Source: Eledone cirrhosa (Eukaryota). Taken from it: 64,000 nucleotides of DNA. The notes under the pieces are model-generated. The model did not search any database and had not been told where the DNA came from. It saw only the letters and a list, made by a program, of their open reading frames with translations. Where the stretch lies: the NCBI GenBank assembly GCA_964016885.1, contig OZ024741.1:277450001-277514000 (forward strand). Reading direction: 5' to 3'. Each line of letters begins with the position of its first letter. Within the stretch, counting starts at the first letter, position 1. Of this stretch, positions 44,973 through 56,889 are shown piece after piece. A program made the position numbers and the translations under genes.

Positions 44973-46274
44973 TTTTCTCTTTCTCTTAATTTCGAGTATA
45001 TTTTTTTGACCGGCCACCTTCCTGGTGGCAAGGTTGTAAAAGAAAAGAAATTGTCATCCCTTGAATCGCAAGAATGTTTTGCAAATTTTGAAGGTGCCAG
45101 CTATCGCAGCCATTTGTAGACTATGAACTAGGGAGCTGCGCTTTTTGTCCGCAAATCCAAGTTCGGTCATACTTTGGTCCAAGCGGGTTGGTATATAACC
45201 CGTAGATCCAATAATGATGGGTATGAAGCTAAAGGTGTATCTTGGATACTGGATTTGTAAACTCCTCATCAATGGTCCGTAGATGTCCTCCTTCTCCTTT
45301 ATTTTTCTGACAACGTTTACATCAAGTGGGCAGCTGATCTCCACAACAGAACACGTTTTCAATGTGTGGTCCCAAACTACAATATCAGGCCGGTTGTGCT
45401 TTAATTTGGTGGCAGTTTTTATTTTCAGGTTCCTTAGTGCCATCTGTCTCAATATATTCTTCCTCGTTTGTTGTTAATTTTGTTTTCCGAAGTGCGTTCC
45501 AGATGGTTCTAGCTATCCCATCGTGTCTCATGGGGAGGTAGTAGCGAGATGACATTCTTTCGCAGCTGGCAACAATGTAGCTTACATCCTCGATCTTTGT
45601 TTTACATAGCCTACATTTATTGTCAGCTGCTGTCCCTCCTCTTTTGTGCAGCAGATATTTGGTAGGGAGTTCTTGTTCCTGTATTGCATAGAGATATCCC
45701 TCAAGGTGTGATGTCATAAACTTGTCGGAACTCCATGCCAGGCTTTTTGAGTGGTTTATCCCCTCTATGGTCTGTGTTTTACACCTCAAGTATCCATGCA
45801 CAACTTTCTCTGTAAATTGGTCAATTTTTTTTTCTTGTTTGAACATTGAATAGGATCTTCCGATTTCTCTGGGTGAGAGATTTATATCAGGCTTTATTCC
45901 ATATCTCTCCTCCAGATCAGTCGCTATTCTAATGATATTTCTTTTTTCATGCTCATAAACCTGAGCAAGATGGTCGCCAACCTTTTTCCTCTGTTGAAGG
46001 TGTTGCTTCAGTGTTACTATCCGGGTCTCATATGTTGTTAATATTGATTTTAGACCCCGGCCACCTTCCTTGCGTGAGAAGTATAGCCTATCCACATCAC
46101 CATTGATGTTAAAGTTCCCAGTAACACTGAGAAGTTTTCGAGTTCTAACATCCATCTCACTTAGTTCTTGCAATGACCAGTTCAGTAGGCCAAATGTTGG
46201 CGTTAGAATTGGCACAGCATAGGTATTGTGGGCAATGTATTTGTTGTATGCTGACAGTTCTGATGACCATATTT
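44973..46274 (-). mobile_element. R4 family B, 5'-truncated, frameshifted
   Basis: PILTPTFG, RLYFSRKEGGRGL, CCHC, RLE; (TATG)n on both sides. Confidence 0.88.
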
Positions 46275-46441
46275 ATGTATGTATGTATGTATGTATGTAT
46301 GTATGTATGTATGTATGTATGTATGTATGCAAATATGTCTGTAAGTATGTATATATGTGGATATATATGTCTACATACATACATACATACATACATACAT
46401 ACATACATACATACATACATACATACATACATACATACATA

Positions 46442-47042
46442 CATAGTGGCTGCCAACTCGTTTTCGAGTACGGCCACTACTTTATATCCATGTAGGAGAA
46501 CCCCTACCGATGCGCTGAACGAGTGTGACTTTTTAGTCCAGCCAGCGACTTGAAAACTCTGGTACAAACACTACACTTGTGACAATTATTGACACATAGT
46601 GCTGGGCCCATGGTACCATGTGACGACAAGTGCAGAGAGATATCCAGATATAAAGCAATGCCTGTGCCGTGAAGCTTTTATAATGAGCAAAGGCACTGCA
46701 CAAAGCCAGTCCCACTCTCTTAACCAAGATGATATTTACCAAAAAGAAGAACAAGTCAACATCATTGGATACCATCAGGGTTGCAGGTGTTATATCAGAG
46801 TTTTCCTTCTCCTAGAATTGTGCCTTGACAAAGGCTAAGGGGTCATCTCTCCCGGCGATTTTGGATGGCCATTGACTCTTAAGAGCTCCTTTGCCCTTTG
46901 ACAGGTTTTGTTTTTAGTCCTGCAGGATGTCCAAAGTCACCCTCCTTACCAAGAAACCTTGGTGGGGTTTCCAGTTTAGTCACCAACCATGAGACAGGTT
47001 GTACTGGGATACATGTTACCAGTAGCACCAGCTGGTGACCTG
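46442..47042 (-). mobile_element. Element X, longest copy (~600 bp, non-coding)
   Basis: RTE-5'UTR-like motif CTAGGAGAAGGAAAACTCTGAT; 3' stem-loop then (TATG)n. Confidence 0.8.
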
Positions 47043-47089
47043 ACATACATACATACATACATACATACATACATACATACATACATACA

Positions 47090-47118
<29 letters not shown>

Positions 47119-47120
<2 letters not shown>

Positions 47121-47252
47121 TGGACGATAGACGAAATCCGAGCAGTTGATGTTGGAACTCGAAAAATGCTGAACAACACCGGAAACTTCCACATCAACAG
47201 TGACATAGACAGCCTTTACTTGAAACGTAAGCAGGGAAGCAGAGGCCTAACA
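47119..47252 (+). mobile_element. Internal R4 family A fragment inside (CATA)n
   Basis: WTIDEIRAVDVGTRKMLNNTGNFH..YLKRKQGSRGLT. Confidence 0.8.
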
Positions 47253-47794
47253 TACATACATACATACATACATACATGCATACATACATACATACATACA
47301 TACATACATACATACATACATACATACATACATACATTCATACATACATACATACATGAATACATACATCATTATTCACAGAGTAATGTATTTACATTGT
47401 ATGTTTACATTTTCACACGATAACATACAAAAAAAAACTGCCATTAAAGGCTGATTGACACTGGTAGTTAATTAATTAATGTTGCTGGTGGCTAAATCTT
47501 CCACTAAATTGACAAACAAAATACAAAGAAAACATCAAAATTATTTCACGCTTAGTCTTATTATGAACATATGTTGATACAAAATGGCGTCTGAGCGTCT
47601 TTCGTCAATATACTTCGTCTGCACGTGAGCGTTAATGGAATTTTGGTAATGAAATACATTCATTTTTTGTAGAGCTGAAAGTATGATTTTCTATGCTATA
47701 ATCTGCTGATGTGTGTATTATTAATATGGCGTTCGATTTGTATAAGAGTTTGTCACTATGATCCATTTATTTTATCATTTTTTAAAGTAAATAT

Positions 47795-48415
47795 ATAATT
47801 TCTGATTTGGTACATAACCAATAATTTGTAAGGAGAGAAAGATCGATTAAATCAACCCAAGTGCGTTACTGGTGCTTTATTTTATCGACCCCGTAGTGAT
47901 GAAAGGCAAAGCTAACCTCGGTGGAATTTAAACTCCACACGTAAAGGGATGTAACTCTACGCTACAAAGCATGTCCGACGCTCTACCGATACTGCCAATC
48001 CACCGCCCTTTTAATTATGGTTTCTGATTTAAGTACAAGGCCAGCAATTTTGGGGGAACGGGAAAGTCGATTTAATCGACCCCACTGCGTGACTGGTACT
48101 TTATTTTATCGACCTCGTAAGGATGAAAGGCAAATCTAATCTCGGCGGCATTTGAACTCAGAACGTAAAGGGCCGTAACTCTATGTCGTGAAGCAGAGTA
48201 TCCGAGCCTCACCTCCCTTTTAATAATTCTTTCTACTTTTGGCACGAGGCCAGCAATTATCCCAGTGTATTACTGGTACTTTATTTTATCGACCCCGTAA
48301 GGATGAAAGGCAAAGTTAACCTTGGCTAGATTTGAACTCAGACCATAAAGAGCCGTAACTCTTTGCTGCAAAGCATGGCGTCCGACGCTCTACCGATACT
48401 GCCAATCCTCGCCCT
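47795..48415 (-). mobile_element. Three tandem SINE-1 copies
   Basis: SINE core at ~47880, ~48105 and ~48285. Confidence 0.8.
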
Positions 48416-49232
48416 CGCCTCCCTTTTAATAATGGTTTCTCATATAGGCACAAGACCATTCTCCCTTTTAATAATGAAATACATTCATTTTGGTAGAGCT
48501 GAAAATACGATTTGCTATGTTATAATCTGCTGATGTATGTATTATTAATGTGACAGTCGTGTTAGATAAGCGTTTGTCACTATAATCCATGATGTACACA
48601 TATCTCTTTTGCAATCTTCTCACCTGTCATTTTATCTCTCCGGCCGATACAGGCCGAGTCTCTGAATTCTTTGAATCATATAAATATGCTTGAGTGTTGT
48701 CAATACCTAGGGGTGGGGTCTTTGTCTTGCATTTTCTTGCTGGATTGAAAAGACACCTCCATCAACATGTGAAGATGTAGATTCTCAAACTTTTGGGGCC
48801 ACCGCCCCCCTTACAGACACGTAATACACTCAGCGACTCCAACCCGATTTCTAGACAGACCTGCTCACATGCAAATTGTAAATAATATATAATAAATAAA
48901 ATCGTTAATTTATATATAATAAATAATATAATAAATACTATGTATAAATAAATATTATATATATTTTTTTTTTACTATATTTGTATATAATATGTATCAT
49001 TTGATATTCAATATTATATCATCTGTACCGAACCCACGCCACCCTCTTAGGTCCCAGCGCCCCTTGGATCTTCTCAACGCCCTCCTGCTGCCGAGATCTT
49101 ATTCCCCAGCACTGGTGTTGGCAGGAAAGGAGGTCTGCGCCCCCCTGCAGTTGTTAAGTGAGGGCATAAGGCTCGCAGATGTGTGGTTTCACCACAGTTG
49201 TAACAGTGAGGCCTCTTGCCCTCAGTAAATGA

Positions 49233-49368
49233 AGGTGGTGGTGGTGGTGGTGGTGGTGGTGGTGGTTTTGGGCTATGGTGATTGTGAAGAAGAAGAAGAA
49301 GAAGAAGAAGAAGAAGAAGAAGAAGAAGAAGAAGAAGAAGAAGAAGAAGAAGAAGAAGAAGAAGAAGA
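49233..49368. repeat. (GGT)n then (GAA)n microsatellites
   Basis: Direct inspection. Confidence 0.95.
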
Positions 49369-50469
49369 AACTAAATATAATGTCAGTTAGGAGTAGGAGG
49401 GAACAGAATGAATTTCCTGTAATTTCTGCTCGAATTTCTCGAAATTAATCGGTAAGTTAAAAGCAAATCGTCATTACCCCACCCCACCTTGAATTGAATC
49501 ACACCACCCCAAACCCCCAGCGCCACCTTCTCTCATCCGTCTAGCACATTCACTATGTCTATCACTATACCTGCACCATCACCACCTTCACTTCTACCAT
49601 CACCTTATCTTCCACCCCATCTTCACCCCCACCACCACCATTCTACCATTAGCAACACTACTACGACTGCTACGACTACCACTGCCATCACCATCACCAC
49701 TGCCACCATAACCACCACTAATATCACCACCATAATTAGATTTTGCTGTCATCGCGACTACCACCAACACCGCTATCACCATCATTACCACTTCTACTAA
49801 CATTGACACTACTAACAAAACTACCATTACACCCACCCACCATAAAAATACCACTGTTACTCTTTTCGTTCAACGCACTTCTCATACTTTAGCAAGTACA
49901 CTTCCCACACGCGCACACACATGCGCACGCGCACATATACACACATTAAGGCACTTTTCTTACTATATGAAGCGTTAAGGTAATATATATCTTCATTCTA
50001 CTATATTGTTTGCTTAGCTGTTTTCCGTTTACAAGCACAAACTTCTGCAACCATAGTCCACGTATGTTCAAATATATGCTTAAAACCTGGAAAGTCCCAG
50101 GTTAAAATATCTCACACACAAAATACAAACAACATACTTAACCTCTCTCTACAAACAATTAACTTCTATAAACCCACCAATGTGGAGAGACTCTCTAATT
50201 AACATCGGTGCCCTCTACATTTGGCTCATCACCAACACTTCTCTTCTAAAGATCTCTACTTTATTACCTCTAAACATTGTGGATTCTTAAGCTTACAATA
50301 AACTATAAGTATTGTATAAGTTAGCTGCTTTCTCTCATTTCAGAAAATGGGACTGCCTCCCATTTCAACTCCTATTACAAACCTATCTCTTTAATAATTA
50401 TTGCCCCTTTCTATTGAACTATTTTATAAAAGAAGGACTAAATCAATACCAGAATTCATTTCAGTATGG

Positions 50470-50525
50470 CTGAACTGATGAACTGGGAGGGTCTTAGACC
50501 CTCATAGTAAAACACGTGTATTCGG
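50470..50525 (+). ncRNA. Hammerhead with G12>A (AAAA instead of GAAA)
   Basis: CUGAA-CUGAUGA-ACUggGAGGGUCuuaGACCCUCauAGU-AAAA-CACGUG-UA-UUCGG; all three stems form, palindromic stem III. Confidence 0.7.
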
Positions 50526-50623
50526 ATAATGTATTCTTGATGTAGTAAGATATTTTATATATCACAACTCGTCCCCCGGACTGAGTGCTCTACCTACCTA
50601 TATATTTATTAGGAATTCGACTA

Positions 50624-50686
<63 letters not shown>

Positions 50687-50715
50687 TGTATGTATGTATG
50701 TATGTATGAATGTAT

Positions 50716-51246
50716 GGCAACCCCACCAAGCTTTCTTGGTGAGGAGGGTGACTTTGGACATCCTGCGGGACTAAAAACAAAACCTGTCAAAGGGCAAAGG
50801 AGCTCTTAAGAGTCAATGGCCATCCAAAATCACCGGGAGAGATGACCCCTTAGCCTTTGTCAAGGCACAATTCTAGGAGAAGGAAAACTCTGATATAACA
50901 CCTGCAACTCTGATGGTATCCAATGATGTTGACTTGTTCTTCTTTTTGGTAAATATCATCTTGGTTAAGAGAGTGGGACTGGCTTTGTGCAGTGCCTTTA
51001 CTCACTATAAAAGCTTCACGGCACAGGCACTGCTTTATATCTGGAGATCTCTCTGCACTTGTCGTCACATGGTACCATGGGCCCAGCACTATGGGTCAAT
51101 AATTGTCACAAGTGTAGTGTTTGTACCAGAGTTTTCAAGTCGCTGGCTGGACTAAAAAGTCACACTTGTTTAGCGTATCGGTAGGGGTTCTCCTACATGG
51201 ATGTAAAGTAGTGGCCGTACTCGAAAACGAGTTGGCAGCCACCATG
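50716..51246 (+). mobile_element. Element X, 5'-truncated
   Basis: Reverse complement of 46442-46970; (TATG)n on both sides. Confidence 0.8.
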
Positions 51247-51558
51247 AATGTATGTATGTATATTTGTGCGTGTGTGTGAGCGAGTTACAAAAAATAAACA
51301 GTTGTTTAAGCCGTGCTTAAGAGCATTGTATTTGTTTGTAACAGGCATTAGAGTCTCAAGGGACTTGGATGTTTGGTAAAGTGATAGCTCTCCATGATAT
51401 ATCTCGTTGTTGTTGTTGTTCTTGTTGTTGTTTATGGTGGTGGTGGTGGTGATGTTGGGAGAGACCCTTGTCATTGTTGTTACTGTTGTTGTTGCTCTTG
51501 TCATTGATGCCCCCATTGTTATTGTTGTTATTGTATATTCCCTCATTATTTATCTTGT

Positions 51559-51655
<97 letters not shown>

Positions 51656-52019
51656 CTTATTCCAACAGAATTTTTTTTAAATAAAGTACTCCAAGGGACA
51701 TCATTCAAATGGATCAATGTCATGAAGATAGATAATAAAAAGTTAATGTATTCTATGCTATATACCAAGAGAATATTTAAAGGTTCTTGATTAATTGAAA
51801 TTCACCTCAACCTTTGAGTGAAAAACTCATTTAAATAGGTCAATGGTATGAACATAGATAATTGATTGAGTTAAAATGTACTGAATGCCGTACACCGAAA
51901 ATAAAAAAAAACGATTTCTTAATAAAGTTAAACTTCCGTTTTAGTGAGAGTAAGAAAATAAAATCTTATCAACAAATGTCAGTAATTGTTTTTAAAAAGA
52001 AGGAGATAATTTCCAGAAA

Positions 52020-52725
52020 ATGATTTCTAATTCAAGCAAAGGCCAGCAAATTTGGAGAAGGGGCAAAATTGATTAAATCAACCCCAGTACTTGACTGGTA
52101 TTTTATTTCATCGACCCCTGACGAGATAGGCAAGGCCGACCTCGGTGGAAATCGAACTGAGAATCTAAAGAGCGAGAACAAATCCCACAATCGCATTTTA
52201 TTCGACGCTCAACTAATTCTGCTAATGCATCATCCTTCCGGAGATTCTATTATATTTGACTCACTCGATTTATATTTAATAATGGTTTTTGTTCTTTAGA
52301 CCCAATTAAACCCTGATCTAGTAGACCTAGGATCAAAGACATTTTAACCGTGTCTATACCACTTTCCTCCTGCCTAGAACAAATACCGCAATGGCATTTC
52401 ATCGGACGTTCTACTAATTCTGCACATCCACCACCACTATTATAATTTCAAGAAATTAAGAATAATTTCTCAAAGTCAATTTACATATTTAGTGGAGGGA
52501 ATACTAGATCTTTGATGCAAACAAGGGACAACTAGCTAATAACATATGATTCTTCAACAAATCCTCCAATCCACCGACCTTGGACTGGTACTTTATATAT
52601 TGACACCGTAATGGTGGAAGGCAAAGTTGACTTCGGCAGAATTTGAACTCAGGGCGGAGAAAGCGGGAACAAACGCTACGAAGTATTTTGATCCGACGCC
52701 TTTACAATTCTGATAATTTACCGCC
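52020..52725 (-). mobile_element. Old SINE-1 fragments
   Basis: Diverged cores at ~52100-52160 and ~52585-52650. Confidence 0.6.
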
Positions 52726-52959
52726 TGACTAAAACGTTTAAAATAACAACAGCAGTAACATTATACACATTACATCACCACACCTGCCATAACCATCACT
52801 GCCAAACGCCTATCGCAAAAGGCGGCATAAATAAATAAATAAATAAATAATAAGTAAATAAATAAATTTAGAAGGGGGGAGTTTTAAACTTTGATTAAAT
52901 AATATCTGCTGTTAAGTGGAACAGCTGTCCCGTTTCAGATATGATATCATTTTATATGT

Positions 52960-52994
<35 letters not shown>

Positions 52995-52998
<4 letters not shown>

Positions 52999-53175
52999 AA
53001 CGAGTAGGACCCCGACGGCTGAGCTCAAGCCGTTTCGTCCAGAATTAGCCGTCGAAACGGCTTGAGCTCAGCCGTCGGGGTCCTACTCGTTCCTATTACC
53101 CACTCTTCTACCCTAAGTATTGAGTACTTTGGTGCGTTATGGTCAACCTGGTTCCTTACCACATTTCCTTCGTTA
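52995..53175 (+). mobile_element. F1 fold-back (sense plus)
   Basis: gtccagaattagccgtcGAAAcggcttgagctcagccgTCggggtcc with an inverted copy at 52995-53037. Confidence 0.75.
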
Positions 53176-53189
53176 TATATATATATATA

Positions 53190-53857
53190 TAATTTTTACT
53201 TCATATGTATCACATTCGCAACAACACACCACGCCATTTTTCATTCTTATATGCTTTCCCCTTCGCTGTGACCTGTCTTTTTCTCTTCCCTTACTGCTAT
53301 CCTCTTTCTCTCTCCCCCTTCTCTCTGCTTCTCCCTCTTACTTTCATTCTCCTCCTCTGCTAGTCACCCTCTCTCGGCTAGTCTCTTCCTCACACTTTCA
53401 CTCACTCACTCTCTGCTACTCACTCTCTCTCACTTCCTCCATCGTTCGACAGCGTGCGAAATTCTTTTCTCGCTTGCTTTTCGCATTGCACGGATGGATC
53501 TTTCGTCTTCTCGTCAATATTCGCAAGTTCTTATTTTCAAATGAATCATTGACTTGATTTTCTTATTTTTTCCTCTCTTTATGTTGCCTCACCATTCGTG
53601 TTTGTTTACCTGTCTCTCTTTCTCCACCCAATTCTTTTTATCCTAATAACTTATTTTAGTCATTGTTCGCGCTAACCGGAGGTATCTGGTCTTTAATGCG
53701 AATAAATACCTATGATGGCTAGTAGACCACTGATGATGGATAGTCCTGGCTTCTCTTTCTAATTTTTACTTCATGTTTCACATTAGCAAAAAAACAGCAC
53801 GCCATTTTTCATCATTATATATATATATATATATGCATGTATATGTATATACAGAAA

Positions 53858-53951
<94 letters not shown>

Positions 53952-54123
53952 TATATATATAATATACATACATACAGACATACATAAACAAGTATAGAAC
54001 ACATAAGCATATATATATTCATGTGTGTAAAATAATGTACACACCTAAACCCACACGTGTGTGTGTGCATATATATGTATGAATGTATGTATGTATATAT
54101 GTATATATGCATACACACATACA

Positions 54124-54167
<44 letters not shown>

Positions 54168-54660
54168 ATATATGAATAAATTTAGTCCTTCATCAGTGAT
54201 CTGCCAACATTCATTGGTATTTCATCGCTTTAAAGACCATATACCTCCGGTTGGTGCGAGCAACGGCTAAGAAAGTCTTTGGGACACGTAAATAGGGGGA
54301 ACGAGCGAGACAGTAAACAATCACAGATGGTAATGCAACGAAAAGTGAGGAAAAAAGAGTCAAGTCCCTGAAATCGATGAATATAAGTTCTGTGAAATCG
54401 TAGGCGAGAGAGAATAAAGAACAACCGACCTGGTCGAAGTGTGCGTGGGGAAAGAATTTCGCACAGGTCAAACGGGAGGAAGTAGGAGAGGGAGTAGCAG
54501 AGAGTGAGTGAGTGAAAGGTGAGGAAGAGGCTAACAGAGAGGGTGACTGTTAGAGGGGGTAAAGGGAAGTGAGAGATACAGAGAAAAGAGGAAGCAGTAA
54601 GAAAGAAACAGACGGGTTACAGCGGAGGAAAATATATATATATATGAATATGAAAACATG
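53190..54660. mobile_element. Two F4 copies in opposite orientation (53190-53745, 54175-54660) separated by microsatellite
   Basis: Similarity to 24266-24900. Confidence 0.6.
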
Positions 54661-54674
54661 GCATGCTGCGTGGT

Positions 54675-54721
<47 letters not shown>

Positions 54722-54767
54722 GGTTATTTTTCATTTTGTAAAAAAACCTTACTTTCTAATATATATA

Positions 54768-55175
54768 TCTAAGGCGGGTAAAATTCCCGAGATCCATGGA
54801 CGAGTTCTCTCCAGCGGTCTCTGTCCCTCATTATCGCTGCCATGTCCTGCGTCTCCAACAGACCAGTGTCTGTCCTTAGGGCATCAACATTCGTTAACCT
54901 TGGTCTTCCTCTTCTAGTGTGTCCATGTAGGGGCTCTTCATTGCTGTAGTGGAGTCTGTGCTGCTGTATGGGTCTGAGACTTGGACACTGACCAAGAAAC
55001 TCACTCAGATGGTGGATGGGTGCTACACGAGAATGCTGAGGATGGCTCTGAACATTAATCAGTATACACTGAGGATGAAAAACTCAGAGCTGTATGGGAG
55101 CATCCCAAAAGTCAGCTCAAAAGTGACACAGAGGAGACTGAGGTTAGCTGGACATGCTCACCGACATCCAGAGTT

Positions 55176-55178
<3 letters not shown>
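54768..55178 (-). mobile_element. RTE insertion with 5' inversion
   Basis: 54768-54937 = reverse complement of the RTE 3' end; 54935-55180 = forward RTE 59141-59387. Confidence 0.85.
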
Positions 55179-55243
<65 letters not shown>

Positions 55244-55250
<7 letters not shown>

Positions 55251-55911
55251 GTGAGGGTTTTTTTACAAAATGAAAAATAACCGAGGTGTCCTACACGAGT
55301 GAAAGTATAAAGAAAAAAAGATGAAATCGAAAATGCAACTGGAGTCTTATTTTTTAAGAAAATATATATATTTATTTGGTTCCTTTTATCGGTTTCGCAG
55401 TAAAGGAACCAAAACGGTAAAGGAACCAACTAAATGTATATATTTTTTTTTTTAAATAAGACTCCAGTTGCATTTTCGATTTCATCTTTTTTTCTATATA
55501 TATATATATTGTTATACTTGGGGAGCGTCATATTTGTGTAATAATATTGCCAGAATTAATAACAGAACACACTCACTGTTTGGTTGGTTTTCGCTTCTGT
55601 GTCCTTTATATCGGTTAATTTAATTTATTCGGTCCTCAATGTTACCATTGTTAGACTATATATATATGTGTTTGTGTCTATATTGTATCTGTATTTTTGA
55701 CCGTTGGTCAGTCAATGGTAACATTGAGGACCGAATAAATTAAATTAACCGATATAAAGGTCACAGAAGCGAAAACCAACCAAACAGTGAGTGTGTTCTG
55801 TTATTAATTCTGGCAATATTATTACACAAATATGACCATCCCCAAGTATAACAATATTTGTTTCGACACACGATTTCATATCAAAAACCTCGCAAAACTA
55901 ATTCATCGCCG

Positions 55912-55912
<1 letters not shown>
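55244..55912. mobile_element. F7 fold-back (55244-55497) and F3 fold-back (55510-55912)
   Basis: Long inverted arms; homologs at 35288 and 21686. Confidence 0.65.
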
Positions 55913-55983
<71 letters not shown>

Positions 55984-55985
<2 letters not shown>

Positions 55986-56034
55986 CTTCCTGATGATTTC
56001 ACCCGAATGAAACAGTTCTAGTCCTGTAGAAACC
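55984..56034 (+). ncRNA. Hammerhead (family F2)
   Basis: GGCUUC-CUGAUGA-UUUCacccGAAU-GAAA-CAGuucuagucCUG-UA-GAAACC. Confidence 0.75.
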
Positions 56035-56365
56035 ATTTCTATATTAAATATTTATACTCTACTATGTATTGAGTACACATATATATATATATTTTTTATA
56101 TATATTTTTATGTGTATTTGGTGTATACGTTCGTATGTGTGCGGGTATAGGCGTTGCGTGGGTTCTGTATGTGCGTGCGTGTTTGTTTGTTTTTTGTCTA
56201 CGTGCTTGTATTTGCATACCCATGGCGGGTGTTTTCGCGTATGCATGTGTATGTACGTATATGGATGCGTGCATGTATATATTTAATTTTTGTTGATTTC
56301 AATTACCTCTGTAATTTATTTACATTATTCTTAACTCTGAAGCCGAGAATCATTCGGTTTCCTAA

Positions 56366-56638
56366 ATAGAATTTTAGTCTACGACTTCAGTTATACCATA
56401 AACGTGGTTTTGTCTTTGCGTGTAATTCTTCTCACGCTCCACATAATGACGTATTATCTTCGTTTTTTCCGTTCATTGGCAGAGAACGTCTCCACGAACC
56501 ACCTAATAGAATATTAGTCTACGACTTCATTTATACCATAAACGTGGTTTTGTCTGCGTGTAATTGTTTCACCACTCCAAATAATGACGTTTATCTTCGT
56601 TTTTCCGTTCTTTGCCAGGGAACGTTTCCACGAACCAA
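56366..56638. repeat. ~139-bp imperfect direct duplication
   Basis: tagtctacgacttca.ttataccataaacgtggttttgtct occurs twice. Confidence 0.8.
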
Positions 56639-56889
56639 AGTATCGTCTTCCTCTCTTCCTCCGGTTGCAACGTTTTTCGAAATATTTACTTCTGCTTTCA
56701 CAGATTGATTTTTTTAGTTTCAGAAAATCGCGTTAAGGGTGAAAGCAGCGATTCTTTGCTTAAACTTTAATCTGTTATTTTAATAAATATTTGCTCTACG
56801 GCTCTTATATATTTGATATATATTTATCCTTATTGAGCCCTCTTTGGATTTTAGTCTTCAAATTTATTATTATTATTACTATATATATA

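Noticed and set aside
46960-47040. HDV-like ribozyme at the 5' end of element X (GGUCACCA/UGGUGACU with G-U, ACC/GGU plus 8-nt loop)
   Set aside because: No P1.1 GG or canonical L3, no clear P2/J4-2, and the spacing is broken in the 1050 copy; a twister fold also did not fit
48623-48706. Minus-strand exon-like segment (ctag|...CAG|gtgaga)
   Set aside because: Stops in all three frames and a weak acceptor
48778-49110. hAT/Charlie-like MITE
   Set aside because: Only one degenerate terminus; no TIR pair or TSD could be confirmed
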